The notes below the pieces were generated by a model, which did no database searches, was not told where the DNA came from, and was given only the letters and a program-made list of their open reading frames with translations. From assembly GCF_009914755.1 (NCBI RefSeq), contig NC_060935.1: a stretch of DNA of 64,000 nucleotides; one strand, written 5' to 3'. The position numbers and the translations under genes are program-made. Positions 26,301 to 41,466 of this stretch are shown here, piece after piece; position 1 is the stretch's first letter, and each line of letters starts with the position of its first letter. This DNA is from the human T2T-CHM13v2.0 reference genome, Homo sapiens.

Positions 26301-27317
26301 ATGGGGAAAAAACAGAACAGAAAAACTGGAAACTCTAAAACGCAGAGTGCCTCTCCTCCTCCAAAGGAACGCAGTTCCTCACCAGCAACAGAACAAAGCT
26401 GGATGGAGAATGATTTTGACGAGCTGAGAGAAGAAGGCTTCAGACGATCAAATTACTCTGAGCTACGGGAGGACATTCAAACCAAAGGCAAAGAAGTTGA
26501 AAACTTTGAAAAAAATTTAGAAGAATGTATAACTAGAATAACCAATACAGAGAAGTGCTTAAAGGAGCTGATGGAGCTGAAAACCAAGGCTCGAGAACTA
26601 CGTGAAGAATGCAGAAGCCTCAGGAGCCGATGCGATCAACTGGAAGAAAGGGTATCAGCAATGGAAGATGAAATGAATGAAATGAAGCGAGAAGGGAAGT
26701 TTAGAGAAAAAAGAATAAAAAGAAATGAGCAAAGCCTCCAAGAAATATGGGACTATGTGAAAAGACCAAATCTACGTCTGATTGGTGTACCTGAAAGTGA
26801 TGTGGAGAATGGAACCAAGTTGGAAAACACTCTGCAGGATATTATCCAGGAGAACTTCCCCAATCTAGCAAGGCAGGCCAACGTTCAGATTCAGGAAATA
26901 CAGAGAACGCCACAAAGATACTCCTCGAGAAGAGCAACTCCAAGACACATAATTGTCAGATTCACCAAAGTTGAAATGAAGGAAAAAATGTTAAGGGCAG
27001 CCAGAGAGAAAGGTCGGGTTACCCTCAAAGGAAAGCCCATCAGACTAACAGCGGATCTCTCGGCAGAAACCCTACAAGCCAGAAGAGAGTGGGGGCCAAT
27101 ATTCAACATTCTTAAAGAAAAGAATTTTCAACCCAGAATTTCATATCCAGCCAAACTAAGCTTCATAAGTGAAGGAGAAATAAAATACTTTATAGACAAG
27201 CAAATGTTGAGAGATTTTGTCACCACCAGGCCTGCCCTAAAAGAGCTCCTGAAGGAAGCGCTAAACATGGAAAGGAACAACCGGTACCAGCCGCTGCAAA
27301 ATCATGCCAAAATGTAA
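26301..27317 (+). CDS. ORF1: L1 ORF1p, RNA-binding nucleic acid chaperone (338 aa)
   Basis: MGKKQNRKTGNSK...; coiled coil, REKG, ARR and YPAKLS motifs intact. Confidence 0.99.
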   Translation: MGKKQNRKTGNSKTQSASPPPKERSSSPATEQSWMENDFDELREEGFRRSNYSELREDIQTKGKEVENFEKNLEECITRITNTEKCLKELMELKTKARELREECRSLRSRCDQLEERVSAMEDEMNEMKREGKFREKRIKRNEQSLQEIWDYVKRPNLRLIGVPESDVENGTKLENTLQDIIQENFPNLARQANVQIQEIQRTPQRYSSRRATPRHIIVRFTKVEMKEKMLRAAREKGRVTLKGKPIRLTADLSAETLQARREWGPIFNILKEKNFQPRISYPAKLSFISEGEIKYFIDKQMLRDFVTTRPALKELLKEALNMERNNRYQPLQNHAKM

Positions 27318-27356
27318 AGACCATCGAGACTAGGAAGAAACTGCATCAACTAATGA

Positions 27357-31208
<3,852 letters not shown>

Positions 31209-31411
31209 ACAATGAGATCACATGGACACAGGAAGGGGAATATCACACTCTGGGGACTGTGGTGGGGTCGGGGGAGGGGGGAGGGATAGCATTGGGAGAT
31301 ATACCTAATGCTAGATGACACATTAGTGGGTGCAGTGCACCAGCATGGCACATGTATACATATGTAACTAACCTGCACAATGTGCACATGTACCCTAAAA
31401 CTTAGAGTATA

Positions 31412-31440
<29 letters not shown>

Positions 31441-31445
<5 letters not shown>

Positions 31446-31545
31446 ATTGTAAAAAAAAAAATTATAAATAAAACAAAGAAGAATATGTGAGAGGAGCTGA
31501 ATGTGCCCCATAAAGCCTAAAATATTTAATCTCTTGTCCTTTTTT
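31441..31545 (+). mobile_element. MER58(C)-like transposon, right half
   Basis: AAAACAAAGAAGAATATG...AAAGCCTAAAATATTTAATCTCTTGTCCTTT continues the left half. Confidence 0.75.
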
Positions 31546-32589
31546 CCTGCACCAGGCCAGATATGACTCCTGGGCCTCACTACCCTGAGGTTAACTGTAG
31601 GTGAAAAGGAAGGGGAAGGAGATCAGCCTTTGGTAAAAATTTCCTACTGCTACCAGCGTTTGACATAGATTATCTAAGTTAATTCTTAAAATAACCCTGA
31701 GAGATGGTTTGCACTTGTCTTCCCTATTTTAGCCAGAGGGAAAACCTGCTCAATGATTAATTCGCTTGTCTAAATTCCCAGCTAGGAATTGGTAGAGATC
31801 AGAATGGGTCTCCTGGGATCAGACTTAGACTTAGAGCTCAGACTTAAGTCTCTTGGGCTCTAAATCCTTGTGCCACACTGGGTGTAAGCTTTTCCTCCAG
31901 GATTCAGCCTCCAGATTCTCTGAGCTGCCAACCAGAATCTCATGATCTAGCAGAAGAGGATGCTACTCCTGCAACCAGATAATCCCTACAATAATCTCAG
32001 GAGCCTCGAGCATATTAGGGAGATGGAGGAGGAAGTGCTGCATTCTGCCAGTGAGCTGAGTTTCTAGGCTTCACAGAGGAGGGGACAATGAGCTGGTCCT
32101 GAAAAGAAGGCTATACAAAGGACAGTATGAATGCTATCTAGGAAGCAGGAAAGAGTGAGCATTCTGGGAACTGGTAGGGGGTTCTCCAAAGTGATTGCAG
32201 CATAGGGTTCACAGGGAAGATGTGGCGGGCATTTCCCTGGACAACTAGGTTGGAGCTACATGGAGAAGGGCCAACTTTTAAACCCCACATCCTGGCACCC
32301 CTCAGTTGCTAGGGATAAGACCACTGAGCAGATAGGAAGGAAAATGGAGAAAAGCACAAATTCTTTGGAGTTAAATGAGATTACATATGTGAAAGTGCCT
32401 GGAACATGTGAAAGAGCCTATTGACACTCAGGATGTCTAATATAGTAAGAGAAAGATCTAGCTCTAACGGAACCATGGTATAAGTCAGCATTGAGTTTTT
32501 AAATTAAATACTTAATTGAATAGCCAGGATCGCTCATACAACTAATATTAATCTTCAATTAACTAATATGAATCCCAAGAAGGTGACTG

Positions 32590-33086
32590 TGCTGGTCCTT
32601 GGACTATTTGCTATTGAAGCCAATCTTCCCCTCCCTGTTATGCTATGTACACAGGGTGTCCTCATCATCAAGATTTGTGCGTCCCAGGTTCTGATGTCAC
32701 TAGAACTTGGTTGCTACAGCCAATGAGAAGCACTGGGAGGAGTCTGAGGGTGGGAGGAAGGGAGAATTAAGGGCATTTCTCTCTCTCTGCTTGCATCAGC
32801 AGCTACACCTCCTCTGAATCTCTTGATTACCCCAGACAGCCCCACTGTGGTTTCAGTTTCCGATGGGTGACCTGAACCTTGAGCTCTCGTAACCCCACAG
32901 CCTCCCTTTGTCCTTGCAGTCTCGGGGTAGCAGCGGTGGCTTGCTCTTGATCTCTGAGTTGCCTCACTGGCCTTGCTGAGTTTTCAGTTCTTCTAGCACT
33001 TGGGTAATTAATTTCTTGGTTTAAATTTCCTCTGGTTTTAATATTCAGTGATTATTATGTTTCTGATTATTTTTTACTCTAGTAGA
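32590..33086 (+). mobile_element. LTR33-like ERVL LTR
   Basis: GCCAATGAGAAGCACTGGGAGGAGTCTGAGGGTGGGAGGAAG...CCTCCCTTTGTCCTTGCAG motifs. Confidence 0.6.
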
Positions 33087-33087
33087 T

Positions 33088-33465
33088 TGTCTTAGTCTGC
33101 TTGGGCTGCCAAAGCAAAATACCACAGACTGAAGGCTTAAACACCAGAAATTTATTTTCACAGTTCTGGTGGCTGGAATCCCAGGATCAGGGTGCCCGCA
33201 TGGTTGGGTTCTGGAAAGGGGTCGCTTCCTAACTTACAGATGTCCCCCCTCTAGCTATGTCCTCACAAGGTGAAGAAAGTGAGAATGAGCAAGCTCTCTA
33301 GTGTCTCTTCTTATGAGGGCACTAATCCTATCATAAGTGCCCCACCCTCAAGACTTCCTCTAACCCCAATTACCTCCCACGATGCCATCTTCAAATATCA
33401 TTACACTGAAGGTCACAGCTTCACTATATGAACTCGGGAGGGATACAAACATTCAGTCCATAACA
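33088..33465 (-). mobile_element. MLT1A-type MaLR solo LTR
   Basis: TGTCTTAGTCTGCTTGGGCTGCC...AAACATTCAGTCCATAACA. Confidence 0.85.
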
Positions 33466-35113
33466 CAGCTATTATTATTTTTCAACTAATGCTGCTTTGC
33501 AGAATTGGAAACTGAGGCTAGGAGAGGTAAAGTATCTTTCCCAAAGTCTTAGCTAGTAAATTACAAAATTGTTATTCAAATCCAAGTCTAGTTGCCTTTA
33601 ATGGCATACTATTAACTATTGTACCTGATTGCTTCACAGTGTGTCTGCAAAAGAATCCAGTAACATGCTAACACAATACAGTCAAATTCCTATGACTTGT
33701 ACTAGCTTGTGGGAAATGGCCTACGCTAATTAAATCACAATGTGATTGATGGGATATTTTAAAATATAGAGCTAACATCTGTATCTCTTTTCAGTTCACA
33801 AAGAGCTTGCCTACTCATTACCTCATCTCCTCATTTGATCTTTATAATATGCTTGTCAGGATGGAAGGACAAATCTAGACGGAAACTGAAGGTCAGAGCA
33901 AGCAAGTTAATTGGTCCATGTCACATAGCCAGTGAGTGACAGAGGAAAGGAACACTTAAACCCAGATCTGTGGCTCTTGATCCTGGCGCTCCCCCATCAC
34001 ACCAGGTATAGGAGTGCAATGTTCTTTAGGGATCTACCAGAATAGCAAAGGCCTGATTGAGTGGGAGCTGCTTCTACTATTATATTAGACTTCCTCAGTA
34101 TCATTAAATTCATTTACTGGTTTTTCAGATAAGAGATCTGAGGGCTTGCCAGTGTACCACGTTGCCTCTTTGAAGTTACCTACTTGAAGGGAAGTTCTGT
34201 TCACCAGAGAAGGGGCTTTCTAAGTACAGTGGGTCAGAAGGGTTTGCAATGAGAACATCCAAAGCATTTGCCTGATGGCAGCTGGCTCCCCTGATATTTT
34301 AATGATCCCATATGTGTAAAAATAGATACCGTTAAGCACTTGAAAGCATTTTGTTCTCTTAAAATAGGTTAAAAACATTCCTCTTTTTTGTTTGCACTCT
34401 TAATTTGCTTAACAAAACCTCTTGGCATTTATGGTCTAGAGTAGAAAGTGAGCTTAAAAATCATGTTAAAGATAATAGGGGAAACTGAGGGACTATAAAG
34501 TTTTAATGTCTTATCCTATTTCACACAATTCATTGAGATAGATTATTTGGTTAACAAATCAGTTTTCTCTCTGTACATTTCACTGTATTTTGGGAGTTTG
34601 GGGAGAGAGTTGAATTAATTAAAAGAGGGAATCCCATCCTCAAAAGTGTACCATCTAGTATAGAAGTTTAGACATGTACACTTACCAATTCTTGTATATC
34701 AAAATAAATAAGGAAAATATAATGAAGACATAATATGGGCAGTAATGATAATTCAAGGTCTGTCCTTGGAAATGGTTACTAATCTTGACAGTTTTAAAAG
34801 AGTGAGATTTTGAAGTATTAAAAAGAAAAAACTATCAAAAATGAATTAAGGCTGTGCTAAGGAAGCTCTAGTTGAGGCTACATCTGGCCTTTGGCATTAT
34901 CCATCTGGCTTGCAGCAAGTTTCCTAAATTAAGTACCCAGAGACCTCATCCCTTAATAACAGATATGGCGCTTCCCAGGCCTGAGAAGGATTCTTCTTGC
35001 TGAATGTCCTGTTTTCACTGTTTAACTCAGAGTCATTCTCTTAAAGCCACAGCAGATAGCTCTGGAGGGGGTTGGAATCCAGCCTTCCTGGTCAGGAAGC
35101 AGAGAGGCCCCAG

Positions 35114-36644
35114 TGTCATAGGATTCTTGGAGTGTCGCTTCACCAGCTAGAAATTTTGTGGCCAGTGGCGCCCTTGTCCAAGTTTTGCTCAGGAACACAG
35201 GGCTCGTTCTGCCCACTCGGCCTGGCTGGCTGTGTTTGGCTCGCGCTACCGGCCTGGACCCCATGCCTGCCAAGGGGGAGCCAGGGGCAGAGCAGCAAGG
35301 GGTGTGTGAGCAAGTGTAGGATCCAGCCACTGTGCACAGCCAGGCATGCTGGCGATGGCAGGGAAGGCAGCTTCAGGTGCCGGCACAGGCACTGGCTCCC
35401 TGCGAGGCTGCAGCTGGACCAGGCGTACTGTAAGCAATTTCCACAGCTGACACCAGGGAATGCAATAACACCTGGAAGGTTGGAGACGCCAGGAACTTCA
35501 AAGCCCCAGAGAGGATGTTTCACTGCCCTGGCTTAGTCAGGGAGCTCCTAGCTCTGGGGTCCCTGAAGGGCAACAGCTCTTCTCTCCTTCTCTTTGCTCT
35601 CCTTCTTGGCACCTGCAACATGGGGAGCCAGGGGTGTGTTTCAGCCCTGTTTGTGCTACAGCTCTTTTAGCTCTGCTATTTGGTGGGTCCCAAGTTCCTG
35701 TCCTGATTCCAGGAAGAATGAAGTTCACAGACAAGTGGAGGGTGAGGAAGGTGAAGCGGAGCTTTATTGAGCAACAGAGCAGCTCAGAGGAGACCCACAT
35801 TGGGTAGTTCCTCTCCACGGGCAGGTGTCCTGATGAGTGTTCAGCTCTCAGCAGAGAGGAGACCTTGGAGTGGGTAGCTTCTCTCCACAGCTGGTTGTCC
35901 CATCATCTCCTCAAGTTTGGCTGAGTCCAGGGCTTCTATGGGTCTCAGAGGAGAGGAAGTGTGTGCTGATTGGTCCATGGGGGGCCATGGGCTGGCCCAG
36001 AAAAAGGACCACAAGTTCCCACTCTGGTCTTTGGGAGTCCCCAAGCTCTGTGGAACACACAGCGAGGCCACACGTCCCCCACTGTAGTACCCACGCTTCA
36101 GGTCCTCCCCACCTTGAAAGTGGGGCTTCACCAGGGACCTGTCCCCTTTCCACCCAGGATCCTGTTTGCCTGCTGCCACCATTCATGGCACCCAGGCTGT
36201 TCATGCTGAGGGGTGCCTGCAGGCCAGCACCAAGCTGCCCTCAGCTCCCACCTCGGCCTCCCTCTGATGCTCATCGGCACCCAAAGCCCGGAGGGGACCA
36301 AGGCAGCAGAGGGCAGGCACACACCCAGCTGGGCTGTGACAGGGCCTGTGCTTGGCCCCAACCTTGCTCTGGTATTGGAGTGGGTACCAGAAGCAGGGAG
36401 CAGACACCTCGGAGCCTGCAGGGGCAGTGAGGGGAAACCTTCCGAACTTCCCAAGCCCCCAAGAGTGCAGAGATGCCAGGTCCACAGCCATGGCTTGGCT
36501 GGCTGCAGCTGTGCCTAAGAAGGTAGGGCTCCTGCCTGCTTCCAGCCCCCAACAGCTCCATGGAGCGCACAGCCCGGGTCACATCTTCCCCACTGCAGCC
36601 AGTGTCATGGCAGCAGCTGCTTTAATGGGCCACTGCTGCCATCA
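35114..36644 (-). mobile_element. MER52-family ERV1 solo LTR (about 1.5 kb, GC-rich)
   Basis: TG...CA termini; minus strand starts TGATGGCAGCAGTGGCCC; minus-strand AATAAA at 35763-35768. Confidence 0.85.
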
Positions 36645-37250
36645 ATAGTACATAGGATGTGCTTTGGGGGAATGAAGACTTGGGCCTGAGTTGGCTAAGT
36701 GGGCCAGTACTTTACTTGCTTGGGTCAAGTAGATGGGACCCTAAGGCAGCCTTGGGGACAGAGGACAGGTGCAGGGGGTACAAATCAGGCTGGATGAGTA
36801 CTTTCAAGTTCAGTTCAGGGGAAGCACTCATTCTAAGCTTCTTGTGGAATGGGGGTAACATCAAAAATAAGGGGCTTGGGGAAACCTTGAACAGTACCAG
36901 GGATGTTGTAGGATGGGAACCCTACTATGTAAAAAATTCTGTCTTGGGCTTCTCTCTGCTGGGAAATACCTCTTCCTTTTTCCTTCCAACAGAAGCTGAC
37001 CCCCTCTCTGAAATATCACTGGTTCCTTTCTTCCCTTTGATCTAAATGATTCTTCTCCCTCCCATCGCCTGTCCCTTACTAGCCCCCTCAAAACACAAAT
37101 ACATACAAATGTAAACATATGTATATGTGCTTCTTCTTACCAAATGACTCTTGGTTTTAAGTTTGGTTTTGGAGAGTGATGCTAGCCTATGAACCTGTGT
37201 GGAAAAGCTACAGTACCAAGAAATGATCCACTTCATGGATGGATGGAGAT

Positions 37251-37292
37251 ATATCCATATCCATATCCATATTCATATCCATATCCATGTCC
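37251..37292. repeat. (CCATAT)n hexamer microsatellite
   Basis: Read directly from the sequence. Confidence 0.9.
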
Positions 37293-37308
37293 CTTTGTCT
37301 TAGAAGGT

Positions 37309-37796
37309 TGCAGTGGATAAACTCTAAGGTATCCCATGATCTTTGATGTCTGATATTCATACCTTTGTATAATCCCCTCCCCTTGAGTGTTGCCTATGAC
37401 TTGCCTCAATGAGTGGAATGTGGCAAAGGTAAAGAGATGCACATGACTATGTGCACGGGATTATGTAACCCCATAGCACCCATCTTGCTAGGGCCTCTCT
37501 CTCTGTCTCAGTTGCTGACTTTGAAGAAGTAAGCTGCCATGAAACCTATAGCTGCAAGGAAATAAACTCTGCCAACAATCCAAGGAAGGTGGGAAATAGA
37601 TCCTTTCCTATTTGAGCCTCTGATGAAAACCCAGCCCTGGGTGACACCTTTATGGTCACATTCCTGGCCCAGCTAAGGACCCAGCTAAGCTGTGCTCACA
37701 TTCCTGGCCCACAAAAACTGTGAGATAATAAATGTGCATTGTTGTAGGCTGCTAAATTTGTTGCAAATTATTACACAGCAATAGGAAACGAACACA
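37309..37796 (+). mobile_element. MLT1E-type MaLR LTR followed by a possible stub of internal sequence
   Basis: TATAATCCCCTCCCCTTGAGTG...AACTGTGAGATAATAAATGTG...GCAATAGGAAACGAACACA then GATTTTCAGTAG. Confidence 0.8.
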
Positions 37797-38151
37797 GATT
37801 TCAGTAGCTGGGAGTAGGAAGCACTAATACAGAGACTCGTGGAAAGAAGGAGAAACAAAAATGGAGATGTGATAAAGAGAAATAACAGATAGCTTTACAC
37901 TTGCACACTGACAATCTTTTATGTCTTTTGTCAATATTTCAGTAGCAAACTAGCACCACTCCCTCAACCCTAAAGGGTTATAAGAGCTTTATTGACATCG
38001 ATCCCTCCATTCATTCAATGAACATTTATTATATGTCCATCAGTGTAGGGGTTTCTGCCACAATGGGATTTATACTCTTGGTGGGTGCTTCCACATATAC
38101 GCAAATAATTACAGATAAAGCAGTGTCAGCTTTAGTGTCCTGAGAACACTA

Positions 38152-38480
38152 CCATCAGCCCTCCGTATCTGTGGGTTCCGCATTTGTGGATTCAGCCACT
38201 CACAGGTCGAAAATATTTTTTAAAAAGGCATCTGTACTAAATATAGACTTTTTTCCCATCATTATTTCCCAAACAATACCGTAAAACAACTATTTACATA
38301 GCATTTACATTGTATTAGGTATTATATGTAATCTAGAGATGATTTAAAGTATATGGGAAGATGTGTGTAGGTTGTATGCAAATTCTACACCATGTTATAC
38401 CAGGGACTTGGGCATCCATAAATTTTGGAATCTGTGAGAGGTCCTGGAACCAATTGTCCTTGGATGCCGAGGGATGATTG
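38152..38480. mobile_element. MER2 (TcMar-Tigger) fossil
   Basis: CCCTCCGTATCTGTGGGTTCCGC...GGATGCCGAGGGATGATTG imperfect terminal inverted repeats, preceded by TA. Confidence 0.85.
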
Positions 38481-41056
38481 TGTTTAGAATATATACGTAC
38501 AACACATCAATCCCTTCTGGCCATTTACTCATGGAAGTTACAGTCTGTTGGAGGACATTGACAATAAGTTGCAATCATTAAAAACAATTGTATAATCCCA
38601 TTTATGATAAGGGATATAAAAGTAAATACAGGATTATCTGAGAGCAGTTAGTTGGGGGGGACCTTACCTAAGTAGGGGAGTCAGGGATGATTACCTAGAG
38701 CAAATAATACAGAAGGTGAGTCTTGAAGGATAAGAAGGAGCTTGCCAGGAGAGGAGGTGGGAGTGGGAGAATAGGCTCTGTGGTAAGACTCTGCCAGAGG
38801 AAATCGCATCCTCAAGACGATGAGGTAAGAAAGAACTTGGTGTTTTCTAAAAAATAAACGAGGCCAATGTGGTAGGAGCAGCAAGGGATAGTGGGGAAGA
38901 AAGGACTTGGCAGTGGAGGACCTCAGAAATCACCTGTGACTCTATTTTTTTTCCGAAAACTTTTAAATGTGCAGATAAAGGACAATTTTCTGTCTCCATT
39001 AGAAGGATTTAAAATGGGGAAAGGCCATGGAAGGCCAGGAAATATAAGGACCATGGATCCTTGGCAGGGCATGAGAAAGATACAGAGGGAGGTAAAATGA
39101 GTTCATTACTGTGAGAATTAGGTCAGAAGACAGACTCTTTAGGTAGGTGGCAAAATAGGTAGGTAGTTTAGATTGGGAGAAATGGGAAATTACAAAACCC
39201 AGGTTCCTGGAAGAGCCTGAAAGGGAAGGAGAAGAGGTTTATAGTTCACCTGATACAGAAAAAGATACCACCAGCTTCTTGGGCATCCAGCAAGAAGCAG
39301 TAAAGGGAAACTTTGACCAAGACATCTTGGTAGGATTTTTAAAAAAAATGAATAATAGAGTAGAATCTGTTACCAATTCATGTACCTGGAGTTGCACACC
39401 AAAGTGTGGTCTAGCAAAAAGACTCTCCAAGCTTGAAGGCTGTAGGCCTGAGTGTCCTGGCTCCCTTCCTAACCAGCAGTTTGCCTTTGGGCCAGTCATT
39501 TAAACTGTCTGGCCCTGGTTGCCTCCCTGGGTATGGGAGTAGATGATCTCAAAGATTCCAACATGGAGGATTATTACATCTTCATAGATTGTCACTGCTG
39601 GTGACAGTCAATCCCATGAAGACTGGCCTGAGAGTAAATAATGGGGTTCAAGATCCTTAGGAAGAAAAATCTGAGGCTGTAGTCAAGGGAAAAATTCCGC
39701 CTGGGAGGGTATTGGGAAGGGAGGGAGCTGGAGTTCCAAGGCTCTGGGGCTCTGCAGTGTGCTCCTATGACCAGTGCAGCTTGCATGATTGAAGATATTG
39801 TAGCGTCAACTGCCTCAAAGACTCATAATCTGCTGTTGTTTTTTTTTTTCCTTTTATCTGCCCAATTTGCCCAAGTCCTCAGATTGCATTATTGTTCTTA
39901 TCATTAATTCCTTCTTTACAGTGCAGCAGTTTTAATTAGATTCATTTCCTGTTTTTCCCTCTCAGGGAGCAGTACATGATGTCTGATGGCTCCTGAGTGC
40001 CTGGAGAGGGTGTGATAAAGAAACTCAGTGCAAGTGGATAGTTCAAGGAGAGAGGAGGGTAGGCAGGTCAGGATAGGGGTGAGGATGGGAGAGGAAAGAA
40101 GAGAGCCCAGCAGGCAAATCTTGCTCTAGCTGTTGATTCCTCATCAGCACCCAGTGACCCAGCCATGAATAATGCTGTTGGCTTGGAGAGACCACCCCCT
40201 AGTTGAGTCTGGAGTATTTCCCTAGCCTTGCGTCAGCCTTGTTATTTATCTGACTCTTCATTTCCTGGACGGTTTCGGCTGGGAAGAACCTCTTTAAGCA
40301 TTGATATGCCAGTCTAATTACAATTAATAAGGTCAGAAGCTGAAAAATTTATTTGATATTCCCACCTTGTGGACGGATTCAGACCTGAAGAATCAAAAGC
40401 TTGTCTGACCTCAGTTTTGAGGCCTCTGACCTTGCAGATGCCAACCACTCTGGGATGCTCTGTGGGAAAGTGGATTGTTGCATTTTTTAGGATTCAATTT
40501 TATTTTTTGTCATTAAAAACATTTTTTAGGGAAAGGCCTTCCAAAGTTCCAGGCCAAGGAGCAAGACACAGTACAGCATTCAACTATGTTCAAATGTGCC
40601 TCTCATTAGCTGTTTGATCTTGGCCAAGTTATGTAACCCATCCAATCTCAGCTTCCTCTCTGGTAAAATAGAGCTAATAATACCTACCACATGGAAGTGC
40701 AATGGAAAATAGATAAGATAATGTATATTCTGATGCCAAATAGCTAAGTATTATCAGCAGTTTAGATCCAGGAGAGCCAAAATCAACATGGTGAGAGTCT
40801 GTGTAGTGAGGAAGGAAAAGAGAAAAATAGGAAGGAAAAGAGAAAAACCTCAGTTATGAAGGTCCATAACTTAGTGGGTCTAGAATATATGCTTTAGAGT
40901 CAGATCTAGGACCAACTTTCAATTCTGTCATTTATTAGATGTGTGATATTGGGAATTATTTTAATTTCTGAGCCTCAAGTTTCTCATCTGCAAAATGGGA
41001 ATAAAAATCACATCTGCCTTATCAGGCTGTCTTGAGCACTAAATGAGATAATGCTT

Positions 41057-41466
41057 TGTGGCTGAGACTTGCTAGATACCCAACAACCTTTTCCCTTTTC
41101 TTCATGAGTCACCAATAGACTACATTTCCCAACTTCCTTGCATCTAAGTGAGGCTTTGTGACTAAGCTCTGATGAATGGAATGTGGATAGAAGAGATATA
41201 GGCTACATTATCGAAGGCTTATCCCCAAAACCTTCCTTATAATCCTCTATACCCTCTCTTTCCTCATCTACTGGTAGATTCAGAGGATCCAGAAGAGAAC
41301 TCTAGGGTTCAGAGAAGGCAGAGCCACTGTATGGAAGGAGCCTGGGTCCTTGAATGACTGGAGCATAGCACTCCCCGCTCTGCCCCTCTCAATCTGTATT
41401 GGATTATGGTTTAACTACTGATATTTTAGAATTGCTTGTTAAAACAATTAATCTGTCCTGACGTAT
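41057..41466 (+). mobile_element. MLT1J-like LTR next to a MIR (about 40870-41055)
   Basis: ACTACATTTCCCAACTTCCTTGCATCTAAG...GGAAGGAGCCTGGGTCCTTGAATGAC. Confidence 0.7.

Noticed and set aside
31444-31461. GAATTGT plus a second A-run after the L1 tail, resembling an incoming 3' transduction
   Set aside because: AAAGAATTGTA is the TSD (also at 25386-25396) and the A-run continues the host MER58 sequence
35022-36648. Many overlapping ORFs of 60-197 aa
   Set aside because: They lie in the GC-rich MER52 LTR where stops are rare; no recognisable protein domain
40809-40847. 20-bp tandem duplication AGGAAGGAAAAGAGAAAAA
   Set aside because: Low-complexity slippage with no further structure
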